DNA from: Eledone cirrhosa
Lineage: Eukaryota
NCBI GenBank assembly: GCA_964016885.1
Contig: OZ024745.1
Coordinates: 111,538,001 to 111,602,000 of the forward strand
Direction of reading: 5' to 3'
Length of the DNA stretch: 64,000 nt
Shown here piece after piece: positions 40,039-53,012 of this stretch. Under the pieces are notes generated by a model, which saw nothing but the letters and a program-made list of their open reading frames with translations, was not told where the DNA came from and searched no databases. The translations under genes were made by a program, and so were the position numbers. Within the stretch, counting starts at the first letter, position 1, and every line of letters begins with the position of its first letter.

Positions 40039-40391
40039 GGTTGTGCACTTAATCACTTGGCAAACATAGTGAAATTTGAGCAGCAAATGGATTGAGAAGA
40101 AAATGGAATGGATACATTACAAGCATGAAGTTAAAATATAGACAGACTAGTTTGAAAAAGGTGTGGGAACACTAGAACCTATATATATATATAAAGTCTG
40201 CAGTGCCAAGACCAGGGAAACACAAATCAGGGGAGTACTCTATGCATGAAAAGGAGAAAAGTGGGGGGTATATATGAAGATATAAACCCAACTGCGACAC
40301 CTAGTGGGTTTTGGCTTGTATGTATACCCTTGAGAAGGATTGCCACAGATAAGCTGAAACTGCTAAGCATTGTGATCAGGTTTATAGCTTC

Positions 40392-40426
<35 letters not shown>

Positions 40427-40578
40427 GTATAACAGCTATCCCTTTATATATCATACATACATAGATACATAAATATATACACATACATACATAGATACAT
40501 ATATACATACATACATGGTGGCTGCCAACTCGTTTTCGAGTACGGCCACTACTTTATATCCATGTAGGAGAACCCCTA

Positions 40579-40878
40579 TCGAAAGGTTGTGAGTTCAATT
40601 CTCAGACTGGGTGATGTGTTGTTTCCTTGAGCAAGACACTTTATTTCACGTTGCTCCAGTTTACTCAGCTGTAGAAATGAGATGATAGGGACTAGGGTCC
40701 CTATCATTCCACTGCAAAGTGGTCGTGGAGGCGCCACGGCAAGAAAGCACCCAGCACTCACTGTAAATGAGGTTGGTGTTAGGAAGGGCATCCAGCTGTA
40801 GAAATCAAGCCAGAATCAGTTCCCGTCCCACCCTTGCAAGCAGGGAAAAAGCGGGACGTAAAATGAAATGATGATGAT
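40579..40878 (+). mobile_element. 5'-truncated CORE-SINE
   Basis: Near-identical to 30790-31090; bracketed by a 64-bp duplication. Confidence 0.85.
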
Positions 40879-40912
40879 ACATACATATATATATATATAC
40901 ATACATATATAT

Positions 40913-40951
<39 letters not shown>

Positions 40952-40969
40952 CATATATATACATATATA

Positions 40970-41001
<32 letters not shown>

Positions 41002-41050
41002 CATATATATATACATACATATATATATATACATATATATATATACATAT

Positions 41051-41620
41051 ATGGTGGCTGCCAACTCGTTTTCGAGTACGGCCACTACTTTATATCCATG
41101 TAGGAGAACCCCTACCGATGCGCTGAACGAGTGTGACTTTTTAGTCCAGCCAACGACTTGAAAACTCTGGTACAAACACTATACTTGTGACAATTATTGA
41201 CACATAGTGCTGGGCCCATAGTACCATGTGACGACAAGTGCAGAGAGATCTCCAGATATAAAGCAATGCCTGTGCCGTGAAGCTTTTATAGTGAGCAAAG
41301 GCACTGCACACAGCCAGTCCCACTCTCTTAACCAAGATGATATTTACCAAAAAAGAAGAACAAGTCAACATCATTGGATACCATCAGGGTTGCAGGTGTT
41401 ATATCAGAGTTTTCCTTCTCCTAGAATTCTGCCTTGACAAAGGCTAAGGGGTCATCTCTCCTGGTGATTTTGGATGGCCATTGACTCTTAAGAGCTCCTT
41501 TGCCCTTTGACAGGTCTTGTTTTTAGTCCTGTAGGATGTCGAAAGTCACCCTCCTCACCAAGAAACCTTGGTGGGGTTGCCAGTTTAGTCGCCAACGACC
41601 CGACCATGAGACAGGTTGTA
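41051..41620 (-). mobile_element. Non-coding, probably RTE-derived non-autonomous retroelement
   Basis: Reverse-complement homolog of 44485-44985; contains GGAGAAGGAAAACTCTGATATAA (RTE 5'UTR-like) and ends GCAGCCACCAT plus microsatellite. Confidence 0.65.
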
Positions 41621-41659
41621 TATATATGTATATATATACATACATATATATATACATAC

Positions 41660-41690
<31 letters not shown>

Positions 41691-41719
41691 CATACATATA
41701 TATACACATACATATATAT

Positions 41720-41750
<31 letters not shown>

Positions 41751-41818
41751 CACATACATATATATATATACACATACATATATACATATACACATATTAT
41801 ACACATACATATATATAT

Positions 41819-41859
<41 letters not shown>

Positions 41860-41888
41860 CTGTTTGAGTTTAGAACTCTTTATTCATA

Positions 41889-41975
<87 letters not shown>

Positions 41976-42317
41976 CAAGTATTGGCAGTAGTTGAAAAGA
42001 TTGAAAATTTGAAAATAATATAGGGAAGCTGATGGATGAGGATGGCAAGGGATGAGTGAGTGATCAGATACCTTAAACACATGACATGTGATTATGTTGA
42101 AATAGGGTGCTGGATATGGGTAGAGAAAAACAGAATCCTGATGGAATGAAGGAGGGGATTCTGACCCAAATAAATAGGTTTGCAAGGAAGACAAGAAAAG
42201 AAGACAAGAAAGGAAGAGACTAATAAAATGAGAATCTGTTTTACTGACATGTCATATTATGTTATGTGATGCCATTCCATGCATAAGAACAGAACTGATG
42301 ACAGTGGTGACAGAGAT

Positions 42318-43485
42318 GGGGGGGGGGGGCAGTGGTGGTGGTAGTGGTGGTGGTGGTGGTGGTAGTAGTGGTGGTGGTAGTTGTGGTGGTGGTAGTTGTG
42401 GTGATGGTGGTAGTGGCGGTGGTAGTTGTGGTGGTGGTAGTTGTGGTGATGGTGGTAGTGGCGGTGGTGGTGGTAGTTGTGGTGGTGGTGGTGGTGGCGG
42501 TGGTGGTGGTAGTGGCGGTGGTGGTGGTAGTGGTGGGGGGTGGGGGGGGGGGGGGGTAGTGGTGGGGGGGGGTAGTGGTAGTGGTGGTGGCGGTGGTGGT
42601 AGTGGTGGAGGAACTGAGTGTTTGAGGTAGTTGCTGGTGAATGCAGTGAGTTTGATTGTGGTGATGGTGGCAGTGGAAAGGTGGTGGTGGTGAGGCTGGT
42701 GGTGGTGATGGTGGTGAGGCTGGTGGTGGTGATGGTGGTGAGGCTGGTGAGCCTTGTGGTGTGGCTGGTGGTGCTGATGGCAGGGTTGGTGCTGGTGTTT
42801 GTGACGGTACAGGTAGTGTTGGTGGTGTTGGTGCAGGTACTGGTGGTAGTGGTGTTGGTGGTGGTGATGGTGCTGATGGTGGTGGTGGTGCTGGTGGTGG
42901 TGGTGGTGGTATTGGTGTTGGTGCAGGTACTGTTGGTTGTGGTGGTGGTGATGGTAGTAGTGCTGGTGGTGGTGCTCGTGTTGGTGGTAGTGGTGCTGGT
43001 GGTGGTGATGGTGGTGGTGATGGTAGTGGTGTTGATGGTGCTGATGGTAGTAGTGCTGATGCTGGTGGTAGTGGTGCTGGCGGTGGTGATGGTGCTGGTG
43101 ATGGTAGTGGTGCTGGTGGTGGTGGTGGTGGTCGTCGTTGTCGTGGTAGTGGTGGTACTGGTGCTGGCGGTGGTGATGGTGCTGGTGGTGGTGATGGTAG
43201 TGGTGGTGGTGGTGGTGGTAGTGGTGATGGTGCTGGTAGTGGTGCTGGTGCTGATAGTGGTAGTGCTGGTGGTAGTGGTGCTGGCGGTGGTGATGGTGCT
43301 GGTGATGGTGGTGGTGGTAGTGGTGGTAGTGGTGCTGGTGGTGGTGATGGTAGTGGTGGTGGTGGTGGTGATGGTAGTGGTGATGGTGGTGGTGGTAGTG
43401 GTGATGGCGGTAGTGGTGGTGGCGGTGGTGATGGAGGTGGTTATGGTAGTAGTGCTGGTAGTGGTGCTGGGTGGTGACATTGATG
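42318..43485. repeat. (GGT)n-based compound trinucleotide tract with poly-G runs
   Basis: Direct reading. Confidence 0.95.
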
Positions 43486-43929
43486 ACAGTGCTAGGATTT
43501 GAGAAACATACTGAGTTATGTTAGGAACAAAGCAAGAATGGACTTGAGACATTGTGTGGAGAGGGAGACAAAGAGATGGAAAATAAAGGAAGGGGACAGA
43601 AGAGATTCAGAGATGAATATTTGGTGCCTGGCAGCTGTGATCTTGGTGTGTGTGTATGTCAAAGAGAGTCATATACATGTGTGCGTGTGTGTCTTCAATA
43701 CATCTGTATGCATATATACACACACATACACATGTATTCATACACTTTAAAATAAACTCTTACAAGACTAACTCTGTTTTCTTCAAAAACGAATTCTCAA
43801 GTGAAAGAAACATGACTAGTCCTGTAAGAATTACTTCTTATAAATTAATGTACTCCCTCCACTTGATGTATTGAGTACTTTGTTATAATTGTGGCTCTTT
43901 CTCATTTTTAATGGAATATCTTTCAATAA

Positions 43930-43972
43930 TTGTGTGTGTGTGTGAGAGAGAGAGAAAGAGAGAGACTGTGTG

Positions 43973-44022
<50 letters not shown>

Positions 44023-44125
44023 TGTGTGTGTGAGAGGGAGAGAGAGAAAAAGAGAGAGAGAGTGTGTGTGTGTGTGCGAAAGAGAGAGAGAGAGAATGTG
44101 TGTGAGTGTGAGAGAGAGAGAGAGG
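43930..44125. repeat. (GA)/(TG) compound microsatellite
   Basis: Direct reading. Confidence 0.95.
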
Positions 44126-44406
44126 GGTAGAGATGCATGCATACAAGTATGTATGCATACTCGATGTTCAGAGATTGAGATTGGCCTCGTGCAAAGCCTT
44201 CCCTCACTTTAAAAAAAGCTTCAAGCACAGGCATCACTTAATATGTGACATTTCTTTTGCGTTGCGTGATATTGCTGGCCTGAGGCAAGTCCCTAGCAGG
44301 GCTAAAAAGCCACGTCCATGATACTTATGCTTAAGTATCAAATGATTTGCTCAAAATTGAGTTGCAGCCATCATCATCATGTATATATGTATGTATGTAT
44401 GTATGT

Positions 44407-44440
<34 letters not shown>

Positions 44441-44484
44441 ATGTCGGGTTACTCTTGAGTGCTACTGGTAACATGTAACCCAGT

Positions 44485-44985
44485 ACAACCTGTCACATGG
44501 TCGGGTCGTCGGCGACTAAACCGGCAACCCCACCAGGTTTACTTGGTGAGGAGGGTGATTTTGGACACCCTGCAGGACAAAAAACACAACCTGACAAAGG
44601 GCGGAAGAACTCATAAGAGTCACCAGCCATCCAAAAGTGTGTAAATATGTATATACACATGTACCGCGCGGTTAAACCACTGGGAGTGAAGGACCCCTAG
44701 CCTTTGTCAGGGCATTCTTCTAGGAGAAAGCAACTCAGGAAACTGGGATAACTCCGATATAAAACCTGCGGCTCAGTAGTTACCGATGATGTTGATCTTT
44801 TCTTCTTTTCGGGTTATAGCTACTGTCGCTCAGCGAGTGGGACTGGCTCAGTGCACAGTCTTTCCTCACTTTAAAAAATATCTTCACGCACAGGCATTGC
44901 ACTATAGAATTAATTAATAATTATTAATAATGGTGTATCGTGCAATGGCCATACTCGATAACGAGGGGGCAGCCATCATGTATGT
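44485..44985 (+). mobile_element. Non-autonomous RTE-derived element (second copy; partial third at ~44170-44380)
   Basis: ACAACCTGTCACATGGTCGGGTCGTCGGCGACTAAA...GCAGCCATCATGTATG. Confidence 0.65.
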
Positions 44986-46344
44986 ATGTATGTATGTGTG
45001 TGTATATGTGTGTATGTATATGTGTGAGTATGTGTATGTGTGTATTTTGTGTATACTTTATATGGAAACGAAAGATTGGCAGAGAAGGAACAAGAGAGAG
45101 AATTAACAAGTTACCCCAAATCAAATAGCAAGCCACTGGTGAAAGCTGAAGGACAAACAATATTAACCCTTTTGATACAAACCCACCTGAAACAACCCTT
45201 TGTTGTATACTACCAAGCTATTTATTTGAAAGTGTCTACATTTATCTAAAATCATTACATCAAAATTTTATGTTAGAACCTTTGTTAAGTTATGTTCCAA
45301 ACACCAACTTGATAATGAGAAGTTAACTATATTACTAAATCCCACCAAATCTTTTATTATTTTCAAAACTATTTGAAAATTATTGACACTGTCTTTCATT
45401 AGAATCACGCAAAGGAAAGGTCTAAAATGAAGATTGAGGGGAAACATTGTAAATTAGTCTAGCTTAACAACAGGACTATAATAAACCTGTGGCTAAGCAA
45501 TCTGCAAATTTGTGGAGAAGCAAAACATGATGATGATAATGATGTTGTTGTTGTTGCAAACATTAGAATTTTATTTCTAATACAAATGGCTACTGACCAG
45601 ATATATTTTCTATGCTTTGTTTAGTAATTATTAATAGCTGGGTTTTTTTATGTTATCTTTTCATCTTCTGTTAATGAAGCTTCACATGAAGTTACACAAG
45701 ATTCTTCAGACCTGCCTAACACAGGCTTCTGTGTATAAACAAACATTAAAGTGAGATAATAGAAGGTTAATTTCAAAATACCAGCTAGCTGATTAGTGAA
45801 GATAATCAGAAAAACAAACATCGATTGAAAGTAAATAAAGAAAAAAGACAAAAAAAAATAAAACAAATAAAAATACCTAAAAATAAAAGAAAATGATGAC
45901 AATTTTTAGTAGTCAATTAATTTATTGTTAATTATTGTTTCTGAAAATTAATGAATTTCACATAGGAAATAAGAACTGTTTTATTTCTTATTAAATGTGG
46001 TTGATGTTAGGAAGAGCATCCAGCTGTAAAAACCCCGGCCAAATTTACAGTCCTGTTGGAGCAAGGTATGGCGTGGCCAATCCTGACCAGACTTGCCTTT
46101 TGATGTGGACAACCCGTCTGACCCATGCAAGCATGGAAAAATGGATGTTAAACGGTGATGATGATAATGCAATGTTAAATAATCTTTGGTCTTGTCATGG
46201 ATTGAGAAGAGAAAACACAGGAGAATGTATTGTCCAGTGTGGAGTGTACAACATCCCTTATGTTATTGGCTACTCTTTATGGAAACAGAAGAGAATATAT
46301 AAAGGAAAGAAAACAATGACTAAAATAATAAGGATTCCTAATTT

Positions 46345-47368
46345 ACACACAAGGCCAGCAATTGTTGTTGAGGAGAAAGTAGATTACATCAACCCCACTT
46401 ATTTCCTGGTACTTTATTTTTTCGGCCCTGGAAGAATTAAAGGCAAAGTAGACCTTGGCAGGACTTAAATTCAGAATGTTAAGCACCGGAACAAATATTG
46501 CGAAGCATCTGTCTAACATTCTACCGATACTGCCAATACTCCCCTCTAACAACAACAATAATAAAAGTAATGATTGGTTCTACTTTTTGGCACAAGGCCA
46601 GCAATTACCCCAGTGCATTACTGGTGCTTTATTTTATCGACCCTGTCAGGATGAAAGACAAAGTTAACCTCAGCGGGATTTGAACTCAGACCGTAAAGGG
46701 TTGTAATTATATGCTGCAAAGCATGGTGTCTGACCCTCTAATAATTAGGATGGTGATGATGAGGATCTTTACTATACAATACCTATGTAAAGTATATTAT
46801 ATAAATAATAATTGTTTCTACTTTTGGCACAAGGCCAGCAATTATATCAGTGCATTACTGGTACTTTATTTTATCGACCCCGTAAGGATGAAAGGCAAAG
46901 TCAACCTCGGCGGGATTTGAACTCAGATCGTAAAGGGACGTAACTATGCTGGAAAGCATAGCGTCCGACCCTCTACTGATACTGCCAATCCACCGCCCTT
47001 ATATAAATAATTGTTTCTACTTTAGGCACAAGGCCAGCAATTACCCAGTGCATTACTGGTACTTTATTTTATCGACCCCGTAAGGATGAAAGGCAAAGTC
47101 AACCTCGGCGGGATTTGAACTCAGATCGTAAAGGGACGTAACTATGCTGGAAAGCATAGCGTCCGACCCTCCACCGATACTGCCAATCCACCGCCCTTAT
47201 ATAAATAATTGTTTCTACTTTAGGCACAAGGCCAGCAATTACCCAGTGCATTACTGGTACTTTATTTTATCGACCCCGTAAGGATGAAAGGCAAAGTCAA
47301 CCTCGGCGGGATTTGAACTCAGATCGTAAAGGGACGACCCTCTACTGATACTGCCAATCCACCACCCT
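46345..47368 (-). mobile_element. Head-to-tail array of five SINE family A copies
   Basis: Last three copies near-identical with a 198-bp period (47001, 47199). Confidence 0.9.
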
Positions 47369-47374
47369 ATGATT

Positions 47375-47580
47375 GAGTACAGTGATCAGGTGCACTACAA
47401 CTCATCAAAGGTGCATGTATATTAAATAGAATAATGTACAAGTCAGAAAAGTTAATGTGCATGAGTCATGATATAGACACAGACACACACGTGTGTATAT
47501 GGCGGGGGAATATCAGGTGTAGTGTTGGCGAATTTCGGGAAGCATGGAAGTTTTGAAGGATGTAGTGTCCCGACAGCTAA
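47375..47580 (-). mobile_element. CR1-like LINE 3' end
   Basis: Minus frame SCRDTTSFKTSMLPEIRQHYT* followed by a 3'UTR. Confidence 0.55.
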
Positions 47581-47736
47581 TATATAAATAAAATAAAATA
47601 AAAAAACAATATTCATTATATAGGCACAGAGCCTATATATAGTAAATTATATAGGCACAAAGTCTTTCACTACAATATACAGTTTCTCATACTATTGAAG
47701 AATGTAAAACATAAGCAGTCTATTTGGTTTCATATT

Positions 47737-47966
47737 TTAACCCTTTAACATTTACATTACTTTAGATATACTATTGTATTTTCACAAAAAAGGCTTTATC
47801 TTACATAATTATCTCTTCATAATATCGAATCTATGAGATTTTGCTATTATTTATTTTGAGAACAATACCTTAACATCGGTATGAGCAGCTGGTTATGACC
47901 AGTTTGAATAGAAAGGGGAGAAAGAATTCTGGCCAGATATGGCCCGTTTAAATGCTAAACGGTTAA
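47737..47966. mobile_element. TTAA MITE family 1
   Basis: TTAACCCTTTAACATTTA...TAAATGCTAAACGGTTAA. Confidence 0.8.
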
Positions 47967-49011
47967 TCCATTTATTTTTGTTGGTTTTTAATTGCTAAGT
48001 ATGTTTAATCTAAAAGGTTCACCCCAATATGTTTATCTCCATATAAACTATCAAAGTATTTTGTAGTTTAAATTTGAACCTCCCTCATTTCCAATGACAA
48101 ATCATCTAGTTTCATGGAACTGCCTGCTCGTGAAATTAACGTGTAAGTGACTGAGCATTCCACAGACACATGCACCTGTAACATAGTTCTCAGGGAGATT
48201 CAATATGACACAAGTACAACTTATTTGTGCCAGCTGAGTGAACTAGAGCAATGTGAAATAAAGTATCTTGCTCACGACATAATATACTACATAGTCCAGG
48301 AATCAATCCCACGACCTTATGATTGTGAGATGAACACCCTAACCATTAAATTACATGCCTTAGGTTCTATTTATATATCTAATTTCTCTTGTTTTCTTTA
48401 TCTAGAATCATTTACTCAAGTTGTTGCTAAACAGATGTTCCTTTCACAGCATGAGAATTATCACACTATTATTCAAGCAAGGAAAAAGTAGATATTTTAA
48501 CAATAGTTAAGCCTCAGTTGTAACAATGTTATCAAAATATGACAGTTTTTATGTAGCTCCTTTATTAATTTATTTCATCAATTTCCTGTCTTTGAGACAA
48601 ACCATATTCAAATATACTGATTCCCAAATCAAATTTATTGTTGAGATATCAAAAACCACCTCTGGTTCTATGAAACAAAACCACTCATTTTAAAGGGTTC
48701 CTATTTAATTTAATACCTTCCAACATAATTTTATATTATAAACCTTTTTGTTAAATTATATTACAAATAAAACCTTAATAATGAAATAATAATTTTAGTA
48801 AATCCCTTCAAATTCTTTGCTAATTAATTGAAATACAGAATATGTCATTAGAAATATAGTATTGAAAGGGTTAAACAGCACCATCAACTCCCAATGTACA
48901 GTTGAAGTGTTAAGTATGGTGGAGTTTTTGTTGTAAACTCACCCCATAGCAATGATTCTGCCATCATTACTTTGACAAATGCAGTGAAACCTATGCTTAG
49001 CTGTTGAGATA

Positions 49012-49417
49012 ATAATTGTTTCTACTTTTGGCACAAGGCCAGCAATTACCCAGTACATTACTGGTACTTTATTTTATCGACCCCGCAAGGATGAAAGGCA
49101 AAGTTAACCTCGGCGGGATTTGAACTCAGAATGGCAAGGGCCGTAACTCTATGCGTCAAAGCATGGCGTCCAACCCTCTACCGATACTGCCAATAATAAT
49201 GGTTTCTGATTTAGGTTCAAGGCCAACAATTTGGGGGAAGAGGAAAGTCGATTAAATCGACCGCGGTGCATTACTGGTACTTTATTTCATCGACCCCGTA
49301 AGGATGAAAGGCAAAGTTAACCTCAGCAGGATTTGAACTCAGACTGTAAAGGGACGTAACTCTATGCTGCAAAACATGACATTCGACCCTCTACCGGTAC
49401 TGCCAATCCACTGCCTT
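49012..49417 (-). mobile_element. Two tandem SINE family A copies
   Basis: Core motif at ~49060 and ~49272. Confidence 0.85.
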
Positions 49418-49728
49418 TAACAGAAACACATCCAAAGTTGACTCGTATGCCACAATAAAAATAATATTCATCATTAACTAATATTGTTTTTGTTGATGAT
49501 GTTTTTCTCGGCACATAATTACTTGTATTTAGCCAATGTAGGAGCTTTTGTGTGATCACTCAACCAGCAAAAAATAACAGCTAAATCTTCTTCAAATCAC
49601 AACCTACAGCCTTCAAAAAGGATGGCCACATTTGATAATGTAGTCATATATACACTGTGTCTGACAAAATGTTGGGATGGTCATGGTTCGAACACCTTTG
49701 ATCATATAGCTACTTCATTAGAGCAAAC

Positions 49729-49966
49729 TTAACTCTTTAATGTTCAAACCGGCCAAAACCAGCTAGAATTCTCTACCTCTTTCTGTTGAAACTGGCTGTA
49801 ACTGGCTGTAACTGGTCACTCAAACTTATGTTAAGGTATTGTCCTCAAAATAAATATTTTCAAAATCTCATAGATTCGATATTATGTGAGATAATTATGC
49901 GAGGTAAAGCATTTACCATGAAAATACAATAGTATATATAGAGTAATGTGAATGCTAAAGGGTTAA
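49729..49966. mobile_element. TTAA MITE family 1 (inverted relative to 5781)
   Basis: TTAACTCTTTAATGTTC...GAATGCTAAAGGGTTAA. Confidence 0.8.
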
Positions 49967-50641
49967 GGCTATTTTAAACCCTGTCTATCTATCAATCTGT
50001 CTATCTATCTACTTATCTATCTTCTATCTCTATTAGTCTATACAACATCTATCTGTCTATAGTACCACATCCCTTCAAACCACTGACAATATTTTCCTCC
50101 TATAGCAGAACTACAGAGAATATGAATCGCTCTAAACATCAGACATCATTTCCATAACAACACCTGCCCTTTCTATTCATTCTAATAATTAAAAAAACAA
50201 AAAACTACACAATTAATAGAATCTTAATGTATTACCATTTCAAGTTAGATAAATGAAGAAATAAATTTAATAACAGAAAATTTTGCTATTGTCACCTGTA
50301 CCTAACATTTGGCTGCCTGGAGCTGTGTAGTCAAAAGTGTATTGAAAAAAGAAACAAGAAATAAATAATAATGATAATAATAATAATAATGATAATAATA
50401 ATGGGGATATGGGACTTGTTTGTTGATGTCATTTCATGTAAAATTAGGAATTTATTACAAAAATTCTCTTTCAGCAACTTATTTAAACACATTGAAACAC
50501 CTGACACCATAGACCAATGTCTTGAAATTAATGAAAAGCATCAGTTGGTCTTACAAAACAAAATAAGCAGTGAAACCCAAAAGTTAATTTATAAATGTCA
50601 ATAGCAAACAGTCGAAATTGTTTAAAGGAAAAATAAATATG

Positions 50642-50684
<43 letters not shown>

Positions 50685-51097
50685 AATAAATGAATAAATA
50701 ATTAAAAATAAGCACACTTATTTACAGACTGATAAAAGTTCTGGAAAATGCAAATATAAACAAGTGTATATGATGTCTCAAGTTTTCATTCAATTCTTTA
50801 CTGAAGGTTTTTTCTTAACTATTTTAATCCAGAATCACATTCGGAATAAAATTATTTTGTAAAATATTTTGAACATTTTAGCATTATCAAAACTTTAGCA
50901 GAAAAGTAATTGAAATTAATGGTAGTATGGAAATTAGAGAAAATTAAACAAAGATGAATTTAGTTTGTATATGTATGCATGTACGTGTGTGTGTGCATAT
51001 ACCATCATTATTTTACACCTACTTTCTATGGTGGTATGGGATGGATGGGTCATTACAGACACAGATATCATCATCATCGTTTTAGGTCAATATATAT

Positions 51098-51882
51098 ACT
51101 AGGGTGAAGAAAGATTGGATATATTTTATCTAATAATTCTTCAAACTTGCAATTTTATATATAGCTCTGATTAATAATTATTTGCTTAATTAAATTTTTC
51201 ATTGAGCCACACCGTGAAAGGTAGCCACATTCATATATGTATCTGTGACTATGTCTAAATATATGTCTAAATATATACATATATCCCTATGAATTCATTA
51301 TATACTCCCGTTCGGTAGAGTAAACATTAGGCAGTATCTGACTGCTCTTTCTAGCAGCCAGCCTACCTGCCACCTAGCCACCATTCACAACCTTCTACTT
51401 TGACCACTAGCTGCGTGATGATTCTTAGCCATTTTTGAATTCATTTCTGGCAGCGATCACTGTAGAAATTTTAATCCAAACCTGCGGGAGTCTCTTGATA
51501 AGCTCTAAGCCTCATGGACAATACCAAGATTGGAGATATCCACAAAGTACGAGTGAAACTATCGATAGTCGGGACTAGAGGAATTTTGGTAAAGTTTATA
51601 TGCATTTTTTCTTCTAACTGATATTTTAGACTTAGCTCCATTTAATTGATTATTTGTCTAGTTAATTTATACGGGCTAAAAGGAAAGACCGAATAAATTT
51701 TATCTGACTGTTCCTTGCGGAAAATAGTCTGTATCATTTATCTATTATTTCTTCGAAGTTACGGTTTAAACTTATAGCTCCGTTTGAATAATTATTTATC
51801 TAGTTAATTTCTACGGACTAGGGTGAAGAAAGATTGGATATATTTTATCTAATAATTCTTCAAACTTGCAATTTTATATATA
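51098..51882 (+). mobile_element. Non-coding hammerhead-containing element with 66-bp terminal direct repeats (retrozyme/Penelope-like)
   Basis: 51098-51163 is identical to 51817-51882; TA-repeat flanks; no ORF in the track; hammerhead at 51489-51576. Confidence 0.7.
51489..51576 (+). ncRNA. Type I hammerhead ribozyme with U3-A8 core and extended stem II
   Basis: AGTCTC-TTGATAA-GCTC(45 nt)GAGT-GAAA-CTATCGATAG-TC-GGGACT: 6-bp stem I, stem II, perfect palindromic stem III ACTATCGATAGT, GUC cleavage triplet at 51568-51570. Confidence 0.72.
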
Positions 51883-52124
51883 TATAATATTAGTTTGATT
51901 AAAATGATAGAAGGCTGGACTGGTGAATTTCCTTTAAAAACACTATATATATATATATTTATATTTCAATAGCTTGGTTATGTAAGATCCCGGTGACATC
52001 ATCAGGTGAGGATTACATAATTAGTTAATCAATAAAGGAATTGCAGCAAACAGATGCCCCTTGATGCCCCTTGACATAGGTATTATTGTTACCGAGACCA
52101 TCCTTGATTCATGTAGCACCCATC

Positions 52125-52610
52125 CACCATTTAACGTCAATTTTCCATGCTTGTACAAGTTAGATGGGCTGCTAAGTTCTGAGGCTAGAAAGGTCAGATG
52201 ACCATATCTTGCTCATATGATCTTTTGTTGACTCTTTTTTTTTTATGGCTGGATGCCCTTCTTAACACAAACAACATTTCAGCATGTACTGAGAGCTTTT
52301 TCTTGTCAGCAACAATACCACCTTATAGGGTTGACTAGGTTCTTTTAGTCATGGCACCAGTATGACTACCTGTCAGGGTTGACTGGGAGCTGTTTGTTGA
52401 GGTACTAGGTCTACCACCTTACAGGCTTCACTGGATGCTTTTGTTGTGACACCAGTATGACCACCCTACAAAGTTGACTAGATGCTTTTTTTGTCATGGA
52501 ACTAGCACAACCACCTTATTGTGTGAACTGGGTGCTTTTTGTTGTGGCAGCAACACCCCAATTGTACAGAGTGAACTGGGTGTTTTTTGTTATGGCACCA
52601 GCACTGTAGG
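52125..52610 (-). mobile_element. Old RTE-tail element with ~6 degenerate 46-47-bp units
   Basis: TTAACGTC..TTCCATGCTTG, GCTGGATGCCCTTC, then repeated GTCATGGCACCAGTATGAC..GACTGGG. Confidence 0.7.
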
Positions 52611-52754
52611 AAAACAATATATATATATTTATATATGTACATGTATATTTTTTCACACGCATACACAATTACTTACACATATATATATTTGATAACTAGT
52701 GACAGAGTATAATTTTCTAAAACATGTTATCTCTATCTTCTAGTTAGTTATGTT

Positions 52755-53012
52755 AAAGTCTGTTTTAAGCCGAAGGCTCATCAGGTCGGTGCTTATCTTT
52801 GGTTTCCTTAGTGTTAAGTGACTGAGAGTACAAGACTCTCCCTGGACAAGATGCTGGTCTATCACAGGATTAACTCCCCAGCTACAGCTACTGCTGGTAA
52901 TAACTCACAGTTGAGTGTACTAGAACAACATGAAATGAAGTGCTTTGCTCAAGAACACAATGCAGCACTTTGTCCAGAAATCAAACTGATAATATTACAA
53001 TCATAAGTCCAA
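52755..53012 (-). mobile_element. SINE with CORE-like and V-domain-like blocks
   Basis: Reverse complement has TTCTTGAGCAAAGCACTTCATTTCA and CCTGTGATAGACCAGCATCTTGTCCAGGG. Confidence 0.55.

Noticed and set aside
42257-43552. Mucin-like Thr-rich, Gly-rich and Val-rich ORFs
   Set aside because: Translations of the (GGT)n tract; same artefact
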